Assembly (NCBI GenBank): GCA_963734535.1
Contig: CAVTHS010000007.1
Span: 209,936-273,935 of the forward strand
Length of the DNA stretch: 64,000 bases
Source of the DNA: an uncultured Chloroflexia bacterium
GTDB taxonomy: Bacteria; Chloroflexota; Limnocylindria; Limnocylindrales; CSP1-4
Direction: 5' to 3'
The first letter of the stretch is position 1, and each line of letters starts with the position of its first letter. Under the pieces are notes generated by a model that saw only the letters and a program-made list of their open reading frames with translations, was not told the origin of the DNA and searched no databases. A program made the translations under genes and the position numbers. Positions 1-9,043 of the stretch are shown here, one piece after another.

Positions 1-252
1 GCCCCGCGCGCGGTTGCGCGCCCACACGAAGTCGCCGGCGACGGCGAGATCCTCGATCGTGAGGCTGAAATCCGACATCCAGCGATGGAGCGTGCGGATG
101 ACCTCCTTTGTGCCGTCCACGCCCGAGCGGTTGCCACGCTGGTGCTCCACGCATTCCGGGGAGACAAGCTCGTCGACCACGTCCAGGTTCCCGCCCGTGA
201 ATCCCTCCTCGATCAGCCTGCGGAATCGCTCCACGTTGCTGCTGCCGGACAT
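1..252 (-). CDS. SnoaL-like ester cyclase (NTF2 fold), 3' end outside window
   Basis: Manual translation from ATG at 252: MSGSSNVERFRRLIEEGFTGGNLDVVDELVSPECVEH...FSLTIEDLAVAGDFVWARNRARG; not in the ORF track because it runs off the edge. Confidence 0.8.
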   Translation of the reverse strand, partial: MSGSSNVERFRRLIEEGFTGGNLDVVDELVSPECVEHQRGNRSGVDGTKEVIRTLHRWMSDFSLTIEDLAVAGDFVWARNRARG

Positions 253-291
253 CTCGTCCCCCCATCTTCTCGCCTGCGTCCTGATCGTTAG

Positions 292-329
292 ATAGAGTCA
301 CACTCTATTGAGATGGAGTGATACTCTAT
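292..329. promoter_or_regulatory. Two tandem palindromic operators, probably bound by the adjacent TetR
   Basis: ATAGAGT-cac-ACTCTAT (292-308) and ATGGAGT-gat-ACTCTAT (313-329) in the AT-rich gap between divergent genes. Confidence 0.75.
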
Positions 330-333
330 CGAC

Positions 334-960
334 ATGGATCCTGTCAAGCCCGAGCGGCCGCAGCCCCGGCTGACTCTGCGTGCCGAGCGCGCCGAGGTAA
401 CCCGCAGCCGGATCGCGACGGCGGCGCGCCATCTCTTCGCGCGCGACGGGTACGGCGCCACGACGCTCCGGGATGTTGCCGCCGAGGCCGGCGTCGCCGT
501 CCAGACGGTGTATGCGGTCTACGGGTCGAAGGCCGGGATCCTGAGGGCGCTCCGGGAGGGCGCGGTACGCCAGCCCGAGGCCGAGGCCGCACTGCGCGAG
601 GCGATGCGCCAGGAATCCGCCGCGGCGAGGCTGGATCTCTTCGCTCGCTCCATCCGCCATCGCTGGGAGCTCGCGGGCGACATCGTCGCGATCAACCACG
701 ACGCATCGATGTCGGATCCGTCGATCCGGCCCGAGGTCGAGGCGGTGATGGCCATCCGTCGGAATGGGATCGCCGCCCTGGCGCGCTCGCTCGAGGCGCA
801 CTACCGACCGCCGATGGACGTGGCCCGCGCTGGCGCGATCCTCGACACCCTGACGCTCCCGGAGGTCTACGCGGAGCTCGTCGGCGCCCAGGGCTGGACA
901 CCGGACCAGTTCGAGGCCTGGCTCGCCGCGACGCTGCGCCACCAGCTCCTGGGAGGCTGA
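334..960 (+). CDS. TetR/AcrR family transcriptional regulator
   Basis: N-terminal HTH: AARHLFARDGYGATTLRDVAAEAGVAVQTVYAVYGSK. Confidence 0.92.
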   Translation: MDPVKPERPQPRLTLRAERAEVTRSRIATAARHLFARDGYGATTLRDVAAEAGVAVQTVYAVYGSKAGILRALREGAVRQPEAEAALREAMRQESAAARLDLFARSIRHRWELAGDIVAINHDASMSDPSIRPEVEAVMAIRRNGIAALARSLEAHYRPPMDVARAGAILDTLTLPEVYAELVGAQGWTPDQFEAWLAATLRHQLLGG

Positions 961-1036
961 GCCTTCCGGTCCGGGTCGCGACGACATCCTCTCCCGGAGC
1001 GCCCGGGCCGGATCGCGACGCTATCCTTGCCGTACC

Positions 1037-1555
1037 ATGCCCGCCGATCCAGCTCGACGACACCGGACAGCATCCCCGACCGCTCCCAGCACGGACGCCG
1101 ACATCGCGCCGGACGAGGTGGAGGCTGCCGACCACGAGTCCGGGCCGATCGCCTCGGGACTCGACGAGTCGGGCCAGCCGGTCCACCGCGGTTGGGCGCC
1201 GATGGGCGGACACCGACGCTGGATGGAACCGTTCGTGCTCGCCATGGTCGGGGCCACCGGCGGGCACGGCTACGCGCTCCAGGCCCAGCTCGACGAGATC
1301 GGCCTCGCGAACGGCAAGGTGGATGTCGGCCAGGTCTACCGGACGCTGCGCGACCTGGAGCGGGCGGGGCAGGTCGTCTCGACGTGGTCCTCGGACCGGG
1401 CTGGGCCACAGCGCCGTGACTACGTCCTGACGGACGCGGGCTTCGCTGCGCTCCACGAGTGGGCGGCCGTGATGCGGGAGCGGACGCGGCTGATCGCCGA
1501 GTTCGACGATCTCCACGGCATCGTGCACCTCCCGTGGAGAGAGCATCCAGGGTAG
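1037..1555 (+). CDS. PadR family transcriptional regulator (start may be ~1202)
   Basis: HGYALQAQL...VDVGQVYRTLRDLERAGQVVSTW...GPQRRDYVLTDAG. Confidence 0.85.
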   Translation: MPADPARRHRTASPTAPSTDADIAPDEVEAADHESGPIASGLDESGQPVHRGWAPMGGHRRWMEPFVLAMVGATGGHGYALQAQLDEIGLANGKVDVGQVYRTLRDLERAGQVVSTWSSDRAGPQRRDYVLTDAGFAALHEWAAVMRERTRLIAEFDDLHGIVHLPWREHPG

Positions 1556-1572
1556 GGAGGCGGGTTTCCCGG

Positions 1573-4215
1573 CTACGCGGGTGCATGCGCGGTCAGCCAG
1601 CTCTCGCTGAACCGCTTGACCGTCTCGACGAGCGCGAGGTACGCCACCACGATCCCGACGAGCAGGATCCAGTAGAGCGGCGGCAGCCCGGCGAACGCGA
1701 GGAGCGTGCCGAGCGGGCTGGCGGGAATCAGGACAGCAGCGGCGAGGGCAAGGACGATCGCGACGACCAGCTCGCGGCTGGGCCGGCTGCGCCAGAACGG
1801 GCTTCGCCGCGTCCGGATCACGAGAACCACGAGGATCTGGGTGAAGAGCGACTCGATGAACCAGCCCGTGTGGAACGCCCGCTCGTCGGATCCGAGGACC
1901 AGCAGCAGGAGGCCGAACGTCAGGAAGTCGAAGAGCGACGAGATCGGGCCGAACACGAGCATGAAGCGCTCCACGCCGCGGATATCCCAGCGCGCCGGCT
2001 TCGCCTCCACCTCCGGGTCGACGGCGTCGGTGGGGAGCGCCGTCTGCGAGGCGTCGTAGATCAGGTTGTTGAGCAGGATCTGGCCGGGCGTCATGGGCAG
2101 GAACGGGAGCACGAGTGCCGCGCCGGCCATGCTCAGCATGTTGCCGAAGTTGGAGCTGGTCCCCATCCGGATGTACTTGAGCGTGTTCGCGAACGTCCGG
2201 CGCCCTTCCGTGACACCCTGGCCGATCGCGGCGAGGCTCGGCTCCAGCAGGATGATGTCCGCGGCGGAGCGGGCCACGTCGGTGGCGTTGTCGACGCTGA
2301 TCCCGACGTCGGCGACGTGGAGCGCGGGCGCGTCGTTGATCCCGTCGCCGAGGTAGCCGACCACGGCACCGGACTCGCGCAGCGCCCGGATCACCTGGAG
2401 CTTCTGGTCGGGATCGACCCGGGCGAAGATCGTCGTGCCCGGCACGCGGGCGACCAGCGCGGGGTGCGTCAGCGTCCGCATCTCGTCGCCCGTCAGGACG
2501 CCGGCAACGTCCAGCCCGACTTCGCGGGCGGTATGGCGGGCAACCAGCTCGTTGTCGCCGGTGACGACCTTCAGGGCGACGCCCTGGCGGGCGAGGTCGG
2601 CGATGGTCGACGCGACACCCTCCTTGGGCGGATCGCTGAACAGGATCACGCCCTCGAACACGAGGTCGCGTTCCAGCGTGTCGGCGGCCGCCAGCCCGAC
2701 CGTGCTCCCCGGCGCCGCGAGTGACGCGAGCTCGTCGGGCGAGGCGATGCGCGACGCGACGGCGACCAGGCGGAAGCCGTCCGCCGACGCCTCATCGACC
2801 AGCGCCGCCAGGCGGGCATGCTCCGTCGCATCGATGGGCCGTGCCGCGTGATCCTCGCGGACGCCGGTGCAGCGCGTGACGACCGACTCGGGCGCCCCTT
2901 TCGTGACGACGAGCGGCGCGTCGTCCGCCCGCTGGACGACCACGCTGAGCAACCGACGATTGAAGTCGTAGGGAAGCTCGGCGAGCTTCCGATAGCTCGC
3001 AAGATCGGATGGTGCGGCCGCCTGGGCGAGGACCGCGGTGTCGAGCGGGTTGGCGAAGCCGGCCTGGAAGTGGCTGTTGAGGTAGGCGAGCGCCAGGGCC
3101 GCAGCGGCCTCTGTCGCGTCGTCGCGGTCGATCCCGGCCGATCGAACGAGTCGCAGCTTGCCTTCGGTGAGCGTACCGGTCTTGTCCGTGCAGAGGACGG
3201 TCACGCCGCCCAGGTTCTGGATAGCCGGCAGGCGCTTCACGAGCACGCCGTGGGCGGCGAGCGCGCGGGCGCCGCGCGTGAGGTTGAGCGTCACGATGGC
3301 TGGCAGCAGCTCGGGCGTCAGCCCGACCGCGAGCGCGACGGCGAAGAGGAGCGAGTCGAAGAGCGGGCGCTGGAGCGCCACGTTGATCGCGAAGACGCCC
3401 ACCACGAGCAGCAGCGTGACTCTCGCCACCAGCAGGCCGAACGCCCGGATGCCCACCTGGAAGTCGGTCTGGGGCGCCCGCTCGGCAAGGCGTCGCGCGA
3501 TCGCCCCGTAGCTCGTGCGCGTCCCGGTCGCCGTGATCATCGCGCGGCCGGTGCCGCTGACCACGCTCGTGCCGAGGAAGACGAACGCGTCCCGGTCGGC
3601 GTCGTTCGCGGGACCGGCGTCTCCGACGCGGGCTGCGCCCGGCGCGCCCGCTGGTGCGCCGTCCGGGGCCTGCTCGCGCGGGAACTTGAGGGCGGCCGCC
3701 GACTCCCCGGTGAGCGACGACTCGTCGACGTACAGGTGGTTCGCCGCCAGGATCCGGCCGTCGGCCGGCACGATGTTGCCGGCGGCCAGCTCGACCACGT
3801 CGCCGCGCACGACGTCGTGGACCGGAACCTCCTGTGCACGGCCATCGCGGATCACCGTGGCTCGCAGCGTCAGGCGCGCCTGGAGGGCGGCGACCGATGC
3901 CTCGGCACGGGCCTCCTGGACGAAGCCGAGCCCGGCGCTGAGGCCGACGATCGCAAGGATGATCCCGGCCTCGACCGGATCGCCCACGGCGATGCTGACG
4001 AGGCTGGCGGCGACGAGGATGAGCACGAGCGGGCTCGCGAACTGGCCGGCGAGGATCCGGGCGCGCGACCGCCGCCCTTCGCCGCCCAGCGCGTTCGGCC
4101 CATCGGTCCGCAGCCGCGCGGCGGCCTCGCCCGCGGTCAGGCCCGTCGACGGGCCAACCGGCGGCGTCCGCTGCGCGGTCACGCGAGCCGCCCCCAGGCT
4201 GCCCACCTGCGTCAT
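1573..4215 (-). CDS. mgtA: Magnesium-translocating P-type ATPase
   Basis: LTGES, GLTPELLP, DKTGTLT phosphorylation motif, GDGINDAP, KYIRMGTSSNFGN, FHTGWFIES. Confidence 0.9.
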   Translation of the reverse strand: MTQVGSLGAARVTAQRTPPVGPSTGLTAGEAAARLRTDGPNALGGEGRRSRARILAGQFASPLVLILVAASLVSIAVGDPVEAGIILAIVGLSAGLGFVQEARAEASVAALQARLTLRATVIRDGRAQEVPVHDVVRGDVVELAAGNIVPADGRILAANHLYVDESSLTGESAAALKFPREQAPDGAPAGAPGAARVGDAGPANDADRDAFVFLGTSVVSGTGRAMITATGTRTSYGAIARRLAERAPQTDFQVGIRAFGLLVARVTLLLVVGVFAINVALQRPLFDSLLFAVALAVGLTPELLPAIVTLNLTRGARALAAHGVLVKRLPAIQNLGGVTVLCTDKTGTLTEGKLRLVRSAGIDRDDATEAAAALALAYLNSHFQAGFANPLDTAVLAQAAAPSDLASYRKLAELPYDFNRRLLSVVVQRADDAPLVVTKGAPESVVTRCTGVREDHAARPIDATEHARLAALVDEASADGFRLVAVASRIASPDELASLAAPGSTVGLAAADTLERDLVFEGVILFSDPPKEGVASTIADLARQGVALKVVTGDNELVARHTAREVGLDVAGVLTGDEMRTLTHPALVARVPGTTIFARVDPDQKLQVIRALRESGAVVGYLGDGINDAPALHVADVGISVDNATDVARSAADIILLEPSLAAIGQGVTEGRRTFANTLKYIRMGTSSNFGNMLSMAGAALVLPFLPMTPGQILLNNLIYDASQTALPTDAVDPEVEAKPARWDIRGVERFMLVFGPISSLFDFLTFGLLLLVLGSDERAFHTGWFIESLFTQILVVLVIRTRRSPFWRSRPSRELVVAIVLALAAAVLIPASPLGTLLAFAGLPPLYWILLVGIVVAYLALVETVKRFSESWLTAHAPA

Positions 4216-4342
4216 CTACGACCCTCGATCACGACCCCGAGGCATTGTGACCCGGAGCGGGACCTCGCCTCGCGCGCGGTCCCTCGCGCGCGGTCTCTCG
4301 GGCCTGTGCCCGATCCGTCTCATCCCCGCCCCCCGGGGAAAT

Positions 4343-4375
4343 GAGGGAGGCGGGCTCACCCAGCCAGCCTCCCTC
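4343..4375 (-). terminator. Hairpin between the YCII gene and mgtA, possible terminator
   Basis: GAGGGAGGC (4343-4351) pairs with GCCTCCCTC (4367-4375); only a short ATTT tail on the minus strand. Confidence 0.4.
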
Positions 4376-4409
4376 GAAGCTTGCCACCCGCCGAGCGCGG
4401 CGGCCATCG

Positions 4410-4724
4410 TCACATCGCTTCGAACGTCTCGCAGACCTCGATCGTCGCGCCGCTCGAGAGCACGGGGCAGGCCTTTGCCATGGCGATCGCCGCGTCCAGG
4501 CTGTCCGCGCTGATGATGCTGTAGCCGCTCAGCGAGCTGTGCCCGTCGCCGGCCACGGAGCCGTCGGCGTTGATCGTATTCGCCTTGCCGATCGGGTTTC
4601 CGGGGTCCGCGACCGCTGCGCCGAGCTGGCCGAACCAGGCGCCCCAGGCGGCCATCACCCTGGCTCCCTCCTCAGGGCTCTCGGGCATCCCGCCGCCACG
4701 GTACGCAAGCAGGTACTTCGCCAT
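4410..4724 (-). CDS. YciI/YCII-related protein
   Basis: MAKYLLAYRGG...WGAWFGQLG...SGYSIISADSLDAAIAMAKACP...IEVCE. Confidence 0.8.
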   Translation of the reverse strand: MAKYLLAYRGGGMPESPEEGARVMAAWGAWFGQLGAAVADPGNPIGKANTINADGSVAGDGHSSLSGYSIISADSLDAAIAMAKACPVLSSGATIEVCETFEAM

Positions 4725-4793
4725 CGCCAGGCTCCTCTCAGGGGGACAACATCGGAGCAGCGGCTGCTGCCCTCGTGATGGCGACGAAGCGGG

Positions 4794-7238
4794 TCAGGCG
4801 GAATCGACACCGTCCGAGACCGAGACGCTGAAGTCACGGCCCTCCCAGTGCCCGGCCTCCGGCCACCAGACCGTGAACACGACAGCGTCGCCGCGCCGAA
4901 GCCGGTCCGATCCCGGCACGTCGGCCACCCAGATCCCGACACCGGTGTCGCGCGCGTCGATGTCGACCCAGGTCCGCCAGCCGTCGAGGGAGCAGTGCAC
5001 GCGGGCGGGCTCGAGCAGCTCCACGCGAAGGAGTCGCCCCGCAACCATCGTCGGGCGTGGCGCTTCGAATCGCCAGGTCGCGCGCGTGGCCCTTGGTGCG
5101 ACGCCGTGGTAGCGGTGCCAGGCCGCCGCGGGACGGTCGATCGCGTGCCCGAGGGCGATGGACCGGACGAGCTTGACGTACTCCGCATGGGCCCACGCGA
5201 GCGGCATGGCGGAGCCGCTCGGGCGACCCGGGGCCAGGCCGCGGGCGGGGATGGCCTCGGCGTCCCAGACCTGCTCGGGCAGCATCCCGCCCGAGGACCC
5301 CATCCGCCGCATCGCCTCCAGGTACGGGCGCGCGTCGCGCCCGGCCTCCAGCTCGTAGTGACCACGCTCGCCGACGAGGAGCGGCCAGCCCCGGCCGATC
5401 CCTGTGCCATCGAAGGCGCTGCCATCCTCGTGCTCGCCGTAGCCGTCGCCGCTGTAGCGATGCCAGACGGGCCCGCTCGGCGTCTCGGTTCGCAGCTCCG
5501 CGTCGGCCACCGCGACGGTCGCGAGGATGCGCGGGTCGCCGGCCATCCGCAGGCCGAAACGCACGAGCGCCAGGAAGTCCGTGCCGACCATCTCGTCCGC
5601 CGGGACCAGGGATGCGTCCGGCGGCCGGTTCCGGACCGGGACGGGAGTCGAGATGGGGGCACCGGCGAGCACGTCGGGCGACGCGATCCGCACGTAGTGG
5701 CCGTCGACGCCATGCTCCCGGGCGAGCCGCGTCCCGCGAGCGTAGGTCCACTCCTCGATCGAGGCGTTCCAGTCGTCCGCGAGCTCGCGCAGGTAGGTCG
5801 CGGCGGGCTCCGGGTGGTGATCCGCTGCCACGACCAGCGCGGCCACGACCGGGGCCAGGGTCGAGGGCGTCAGGCCCGCGTCCTCTTCCCAGCGATCCTG
5901 CTGCGTCGCGGGCCCGGTCCGGGCGATGAAGCGCGCGGCCGACGCGATCATGCGCTCGAGCGCGTCTTCCGTGAGCAGGTGCGCGAACCCTGCCGCGGCG
6001 GGCCCCGACATGCCGTGCAGCTCGACGCCCCCGCCCCTCCGGAGGGCGCCGGCCAGGAGGATCGGGTAGGCGGCCTCGTCGAGCTGGACGCCCGACCAGT
6101 ACGCGACCCCGTCCACCCACTGGTTCTGCACCCACGATCCATCGGGCTCCTGGGTTGCCACGAGGTATGCCAGCGTGCGACGCGCCGTGCGCTGCGCGCC
6201 AAGGGCGACGAGCGCGCCAGCGGACTCGACGAGATCCCGCGACCAGACCAGGTGGTAGCCCCCGAGGTCGTTGCGCGTGTTGCCCCACGGGATCGAGAGG
6301 CTGGCCACGATGGCCCCGGGGACCGTCCGGTCGGCGTGCGTTCGCAGCACGGCCGCCGACGCCAGGTAGAGCGCGCGATCCTCCGCCGGAAGATCCTCCG
6401 ATGGGCTGCTGACCGTCCGCAGGAACCCGTGCCAGTTCCCGACGTACTCGTCCCAGGCGTTCTCGAAGTGGCCGGCAAGCGCGGCGCACGCCTCGAGGCC
6501 CGCCTCCTCCGGCCGCGTGCCGAAGCCGAGGGCGAGCCGCGCGATGCCGTCCACGAGGATCAGCTCCGTCATGCCCGCGACGTTGCCGGCGTCGGTGGTC
6601 CCGTACGTCCACGTCATCCGTCCGTTCGCCGCGAAGTCCTGCCAGCCGTCCGACGTGCCCACGTACCCCACGCTCTGCCGGGCCGGGCCAGGATCCGAGG
6701 CGAGCGCCAGGGCCGACGGACCCGCCTGGGCGAACAGCATCGCGCGGCCCTTGTAGGTGCCGGTCCACGCGCGGTTGTGGAGCCCGCTGAATCCGAGGTG
6801 CGGGGCAAGCAGCGGGTAGAGGCGCAGCGGGTGGGCCAGGCGCTCCGGGTCCGCGGGATCCCGCGGGTCGTCGAGGCGCGCCTCGATATGGACCACGTCG
6901 GCGTGGTCATCCGCGCAGATCCGCAGCGTCAGCATGTAGCGCGGATGACGGTGCGTCGCGATGATCGCGGGGATGCCGGGCTCGAGGGCGCGCACGTCCC
7001 GGCTGGCATCGCGTTTCACCTCGCTCCAGAACCCGTTGTCGTCCGCGACGATGAAGCCGAGGTCGCGGACCTGGGGCCGGTCCACGCGGGGCCAGTAGAT
7101 CTCGTTCAGGATCCCGTGGCCGATCGTGAACCAGATCCGGCTGGAGAAGTGCGAGGTCCCGACCGCGTCCTTCTCGCTGCTCGACCACGTTGGCGGAGCA
7201 CCGGGCGCGCCCGGCGCATGGCTCGGGTCGAGCGTCAT
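4794..7238 (-). CDS. Glycoside hydrolase family 15 (glucoamylase/glucodextranase-like)
   Basis: GYHLVWSRD, QDRWEE, GRGWPLLVGERGHY, GMLPEQVWD, SAMPLAWAHAEY. Confidence 0.9.
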   Translation of the reverse strand: MTLDPSHAPGAPGAPPTWSSSEKDAVGTSHFSSRIWFTIGHGILNEIYWPRVDRPQVRDLGFIVADDNGFWSEVKRDASRDVRALEPGIPAIIATHRHPRYMLTLRICADDHADVVHIEARLDDPRDPADPERLAHPLRLYPLLAPHLGFSGLHNRAWTGTYKGRAMLFAQAGPSALALASDPGPARQSVGYVGTSDGWQDFAANGRMTWTYGTTDAGNVAGMTELILVDGIARLALGFGTRPEEAGLEACAALAGHFENAWDEYVGNWHGFLRTVSSPSEDLPAEDRALYLASAAVLRTHADRTVPGAIVASLSIPWGNTRNDLGGYHLVWSRDLVESAGALVALGAQRTARRTLAYLVATQEPDGSWVQNQWVDGVAYWSGVQLDEAAYPILLAGALRRGGGVELHGMSGPAAAGFAHLLTEDALERMIASAARFIARTGPATQQDRWEEDAGLTPSTLAPVVAALVVAADHHPEPAATYLRELADDWNASIEEWTYARGTRLAREHGVDGHYVRIASPDVLAGAPISTPVPVRNRPPDASLVPADEMVGTDFLALVRFGLRMAGDPRILATVAVADAELRTETPSGPVWHRYSGDGYGEHEDGSAFDGTGIGRGWPLLVGERGHYELEAGRDARPYLEAMRRMGSSGGMLPEQVWDAEAIPARGLAPGRPSGSAMPLAWAHAEYVKLVRSIALGHAIDRPAAAWHRYHGVAPRATRATWRFEAPRPTMVAGRLLRVELLEPARVHCSLDGWRTWVDIDARDTGVGIWVADVPGSDRLRRGDAVVFTVWWPEAGHWEGRDFSVSVSDGVDSA

Positions 7239-8758
7239 GGCACCGGCTGCTCGGCGGCTGACGGCTGCGCTGCCGTCGTCGGCCGTGCCGCCACGATCGG
7301 GACGGCAGCTGGGACGGCGGTGACAACCGGGTCGTGCCAGCGATCGCCCCGCGCGAGGATGCCGGACGCGGCGTCCGGGCCCCAGGTGCCGGGCTCGTAC
7401 TCGTGCAGTGGTGTCCGGTCGTCCAGGATCCCGTCGACCACCCGCCAGGCGGCTTCCACCGCATCCTCGCGCGCGAAGAGCGACTGGTCACCCTGCGTGG
7501 CGTCGCCGATGAGGCGCTGGTATGGCGGGCGCTCGGTCCCGCTCTCGTGGGAGGCGTAGAGCTCCACGGCCTCGCCGACCATCGCCTCGCCGGGCTTCTT
7601 GGCGCGGCCGCCCAGCGAGATGGACATGTCGGGCGCCAGCCGGAACCGGAAGTAGTCCGCGTCGGGCGGCTGGGCCTCGCCGAAGACCGACAGTGGCGGG
7701 CGCTTCATCTCGACGAGGACCTCGGTGGCGGTCACGGGCAGGCACTTTCCGGTCCGGATGTAGAACGGCACGCCGCCCCAGCGCCAGGTATCGACGCGCA
7801 GGCGTAGCGCCGCGAACGTCTCGACCGTGGAGACCGGCGCCACGCCCGTGACGGAGCGGTAGCCACGGTACTGGCCCCTGACAACGTCCTTCGGCGAGAT
7901 CGCCCGGATCGAGTCGAGCACCTTGAACTGCTCGTTCCGGACGGCCTCCGGCGTGTTCCCGGAGGGCGGCTCCATCGCGAGCAGGCTCACGACCTGGAGG
8001 AGGTGGTTCTGGACCACGTCGCGGATCGCACCGGCCCGGTCGTAGAACGCGCCCCGCGTCGCGACGTCGAACGCCTCTGGCATGTTGACCTGGACACTCG
8101 CGACGTGCGCCCGATTCCAGAGTGGCTCGAGGAACGAGTTGGCGAAGCGGAAGTAGAGCAGGTTCTGCACCGGCTCCTTGCCCAGGTAGTGGTCGATGCG
8201 GAAGATCGCCGACTCGGCCAGGACCTCGTGGACGGTGGCGTTCAGGGCGCGCGCGCTCGCCAGGTCGCGTCCGAACGGCTTCTCGAGGATGACCCGTGCC
8301 CCGTCCGCGCAGCCCGATGCGCCGAGGTTGGTGATCACCTCGGTGAAGAGCGCCGGCGGGATCGCGAGGTAGTGGAGCGGATGCCCGGCCCCTCCGAGCT
8401 CGCGGCGGAGCGCGTGGAAGGTCTCGACGTCGTCGTCGGAGCCCTTCACGTAGCGCAACCGCGCAGCGAGCGCATCGATCGCAGCGCCGTCGACGATACC
8501 GGCCGCCGCGAGGCTCTGGCGCGCCCGCTCCCGGAGGCTGTCCAGGTCGCCCGAGCGCGCGACACCGATGATCGGCATGTCGAACCCCTCGTCGCGGATC
8601 AGCCCGAGGAGCGCGGGGAAGATCTGCTTGAAGGCGAGGTCGCCGGTCGCGCCGAAGAACACGAACGCGTCGGATCGCTCGGCGGCCACTCGGTCGCCTG
8701 CGTTCCCACGGGATGAGCGCGTCGTCGGCCGGGCGGCCGGTGCAGCTTCGAGCGGCAT
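7235..8758 (-). CDS. zwf: Glucose-6-phosphate 1-dehydrogenase
   Basis: FFGATGDLA, EKPFGRD, RIDHYLGKE, RDVVQNHLLQ, RWGGVPFYIRTGK. Confidence 0.95.
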   Translation of the reverse strand: MPLEAAPAARPTTRSSRGNAGDRVAAERSDAFVFFGATGDLAFKQIFPALLGLIRDEGFDMPIIGVARSGDLDSLRERARQSLAAAGIVDGAAIDALAARLRYVKGSDDDVETFHALRRELGGAGHPLHYLAIPPALFTEVITNLGASGCADGARVILEKPFGRDLASARALNATVHEVLAESAIFRIDHYLGKEPVQNLLYFRFANSFLEPLWNRAHVASVQVNMPEAFDVATRGAFYDRAGAIRDVVQNHLLQVVSLLAMEPPSGNTPEAVRNEQFKVLDSIRAISPKDVVRGQYRGYRSVTGVAPVSTVETFAALRLRVDTWRWGGVPFYIRTGKCLPVTATEVLVEMKRPPLSVFGEAQPPDADYFRFRLAPDMSISLGGRAKKPGEAMVGEAVELYASHESGTERPPYQRLIGDATQGDQSLFAREDAVEAAWRVVDGILDDRTPLHEYEPGTWGPDAASGILARGDRWHDPVVTAVPAAVPIVAARPTTAAQPSAAEQPVP

Positions 8759-8892
8759 GTGACCCCCGATCAGGCGTGCGTAGCGGTGCGACGATCGAGC
8801 ACGATCGCGGGGCCCGCCGCCGCTAGCCTAGCGCGATCCGCGTCGATGGGCGCCCGCGCTGGATCGCCGACTCGCGGGTTCGCCGTGACCTT

Positions 8893-9017
8893 GGGGAGCC
8901 AGCCGGCATGTCTCCCCGGCCGCGCAGGGATCGCGTCCCCGGGCCGCTTCTCGTAGTCCTTCTGGCGGGGTCCGGTGCTGGGCCCTTTGGGTCGCTGGGC
9001 AGCGCCCTCACGGCCAG
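8893..9017 (+). promoter_or_regulatory. Candidate structured 5' leader of the SpoIID-domain gene
   Basis: Nested pairings CTGGC/GCCAG, GGTGCTG/CAGCGCC, GGCCC/GGGTC plus GGGGAG/CTCCCC, ending just before the GGAGG RBS. Confidence 0.35.
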
Positions 9018-9043
9018 CCACGCTTGGAGGTACTGTGAACACC

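Noticed and set aside
4216-4409. M-box riboswitch or mgtL-type Pro-rich leader peptide upstream of mgtA
   Set aside because: No recognisable M-box consensus; the 65-aa ORF looks non-coding; only one hairpin is supported.
4848-7559. Long antisense and alternate-frame ORFs (903 aa here, many others across the window)
   Set aside because: Shadow ORFs expected at this GC content; Arg/Pro/Gly-rich, no motifs, opposite well-supported genes.
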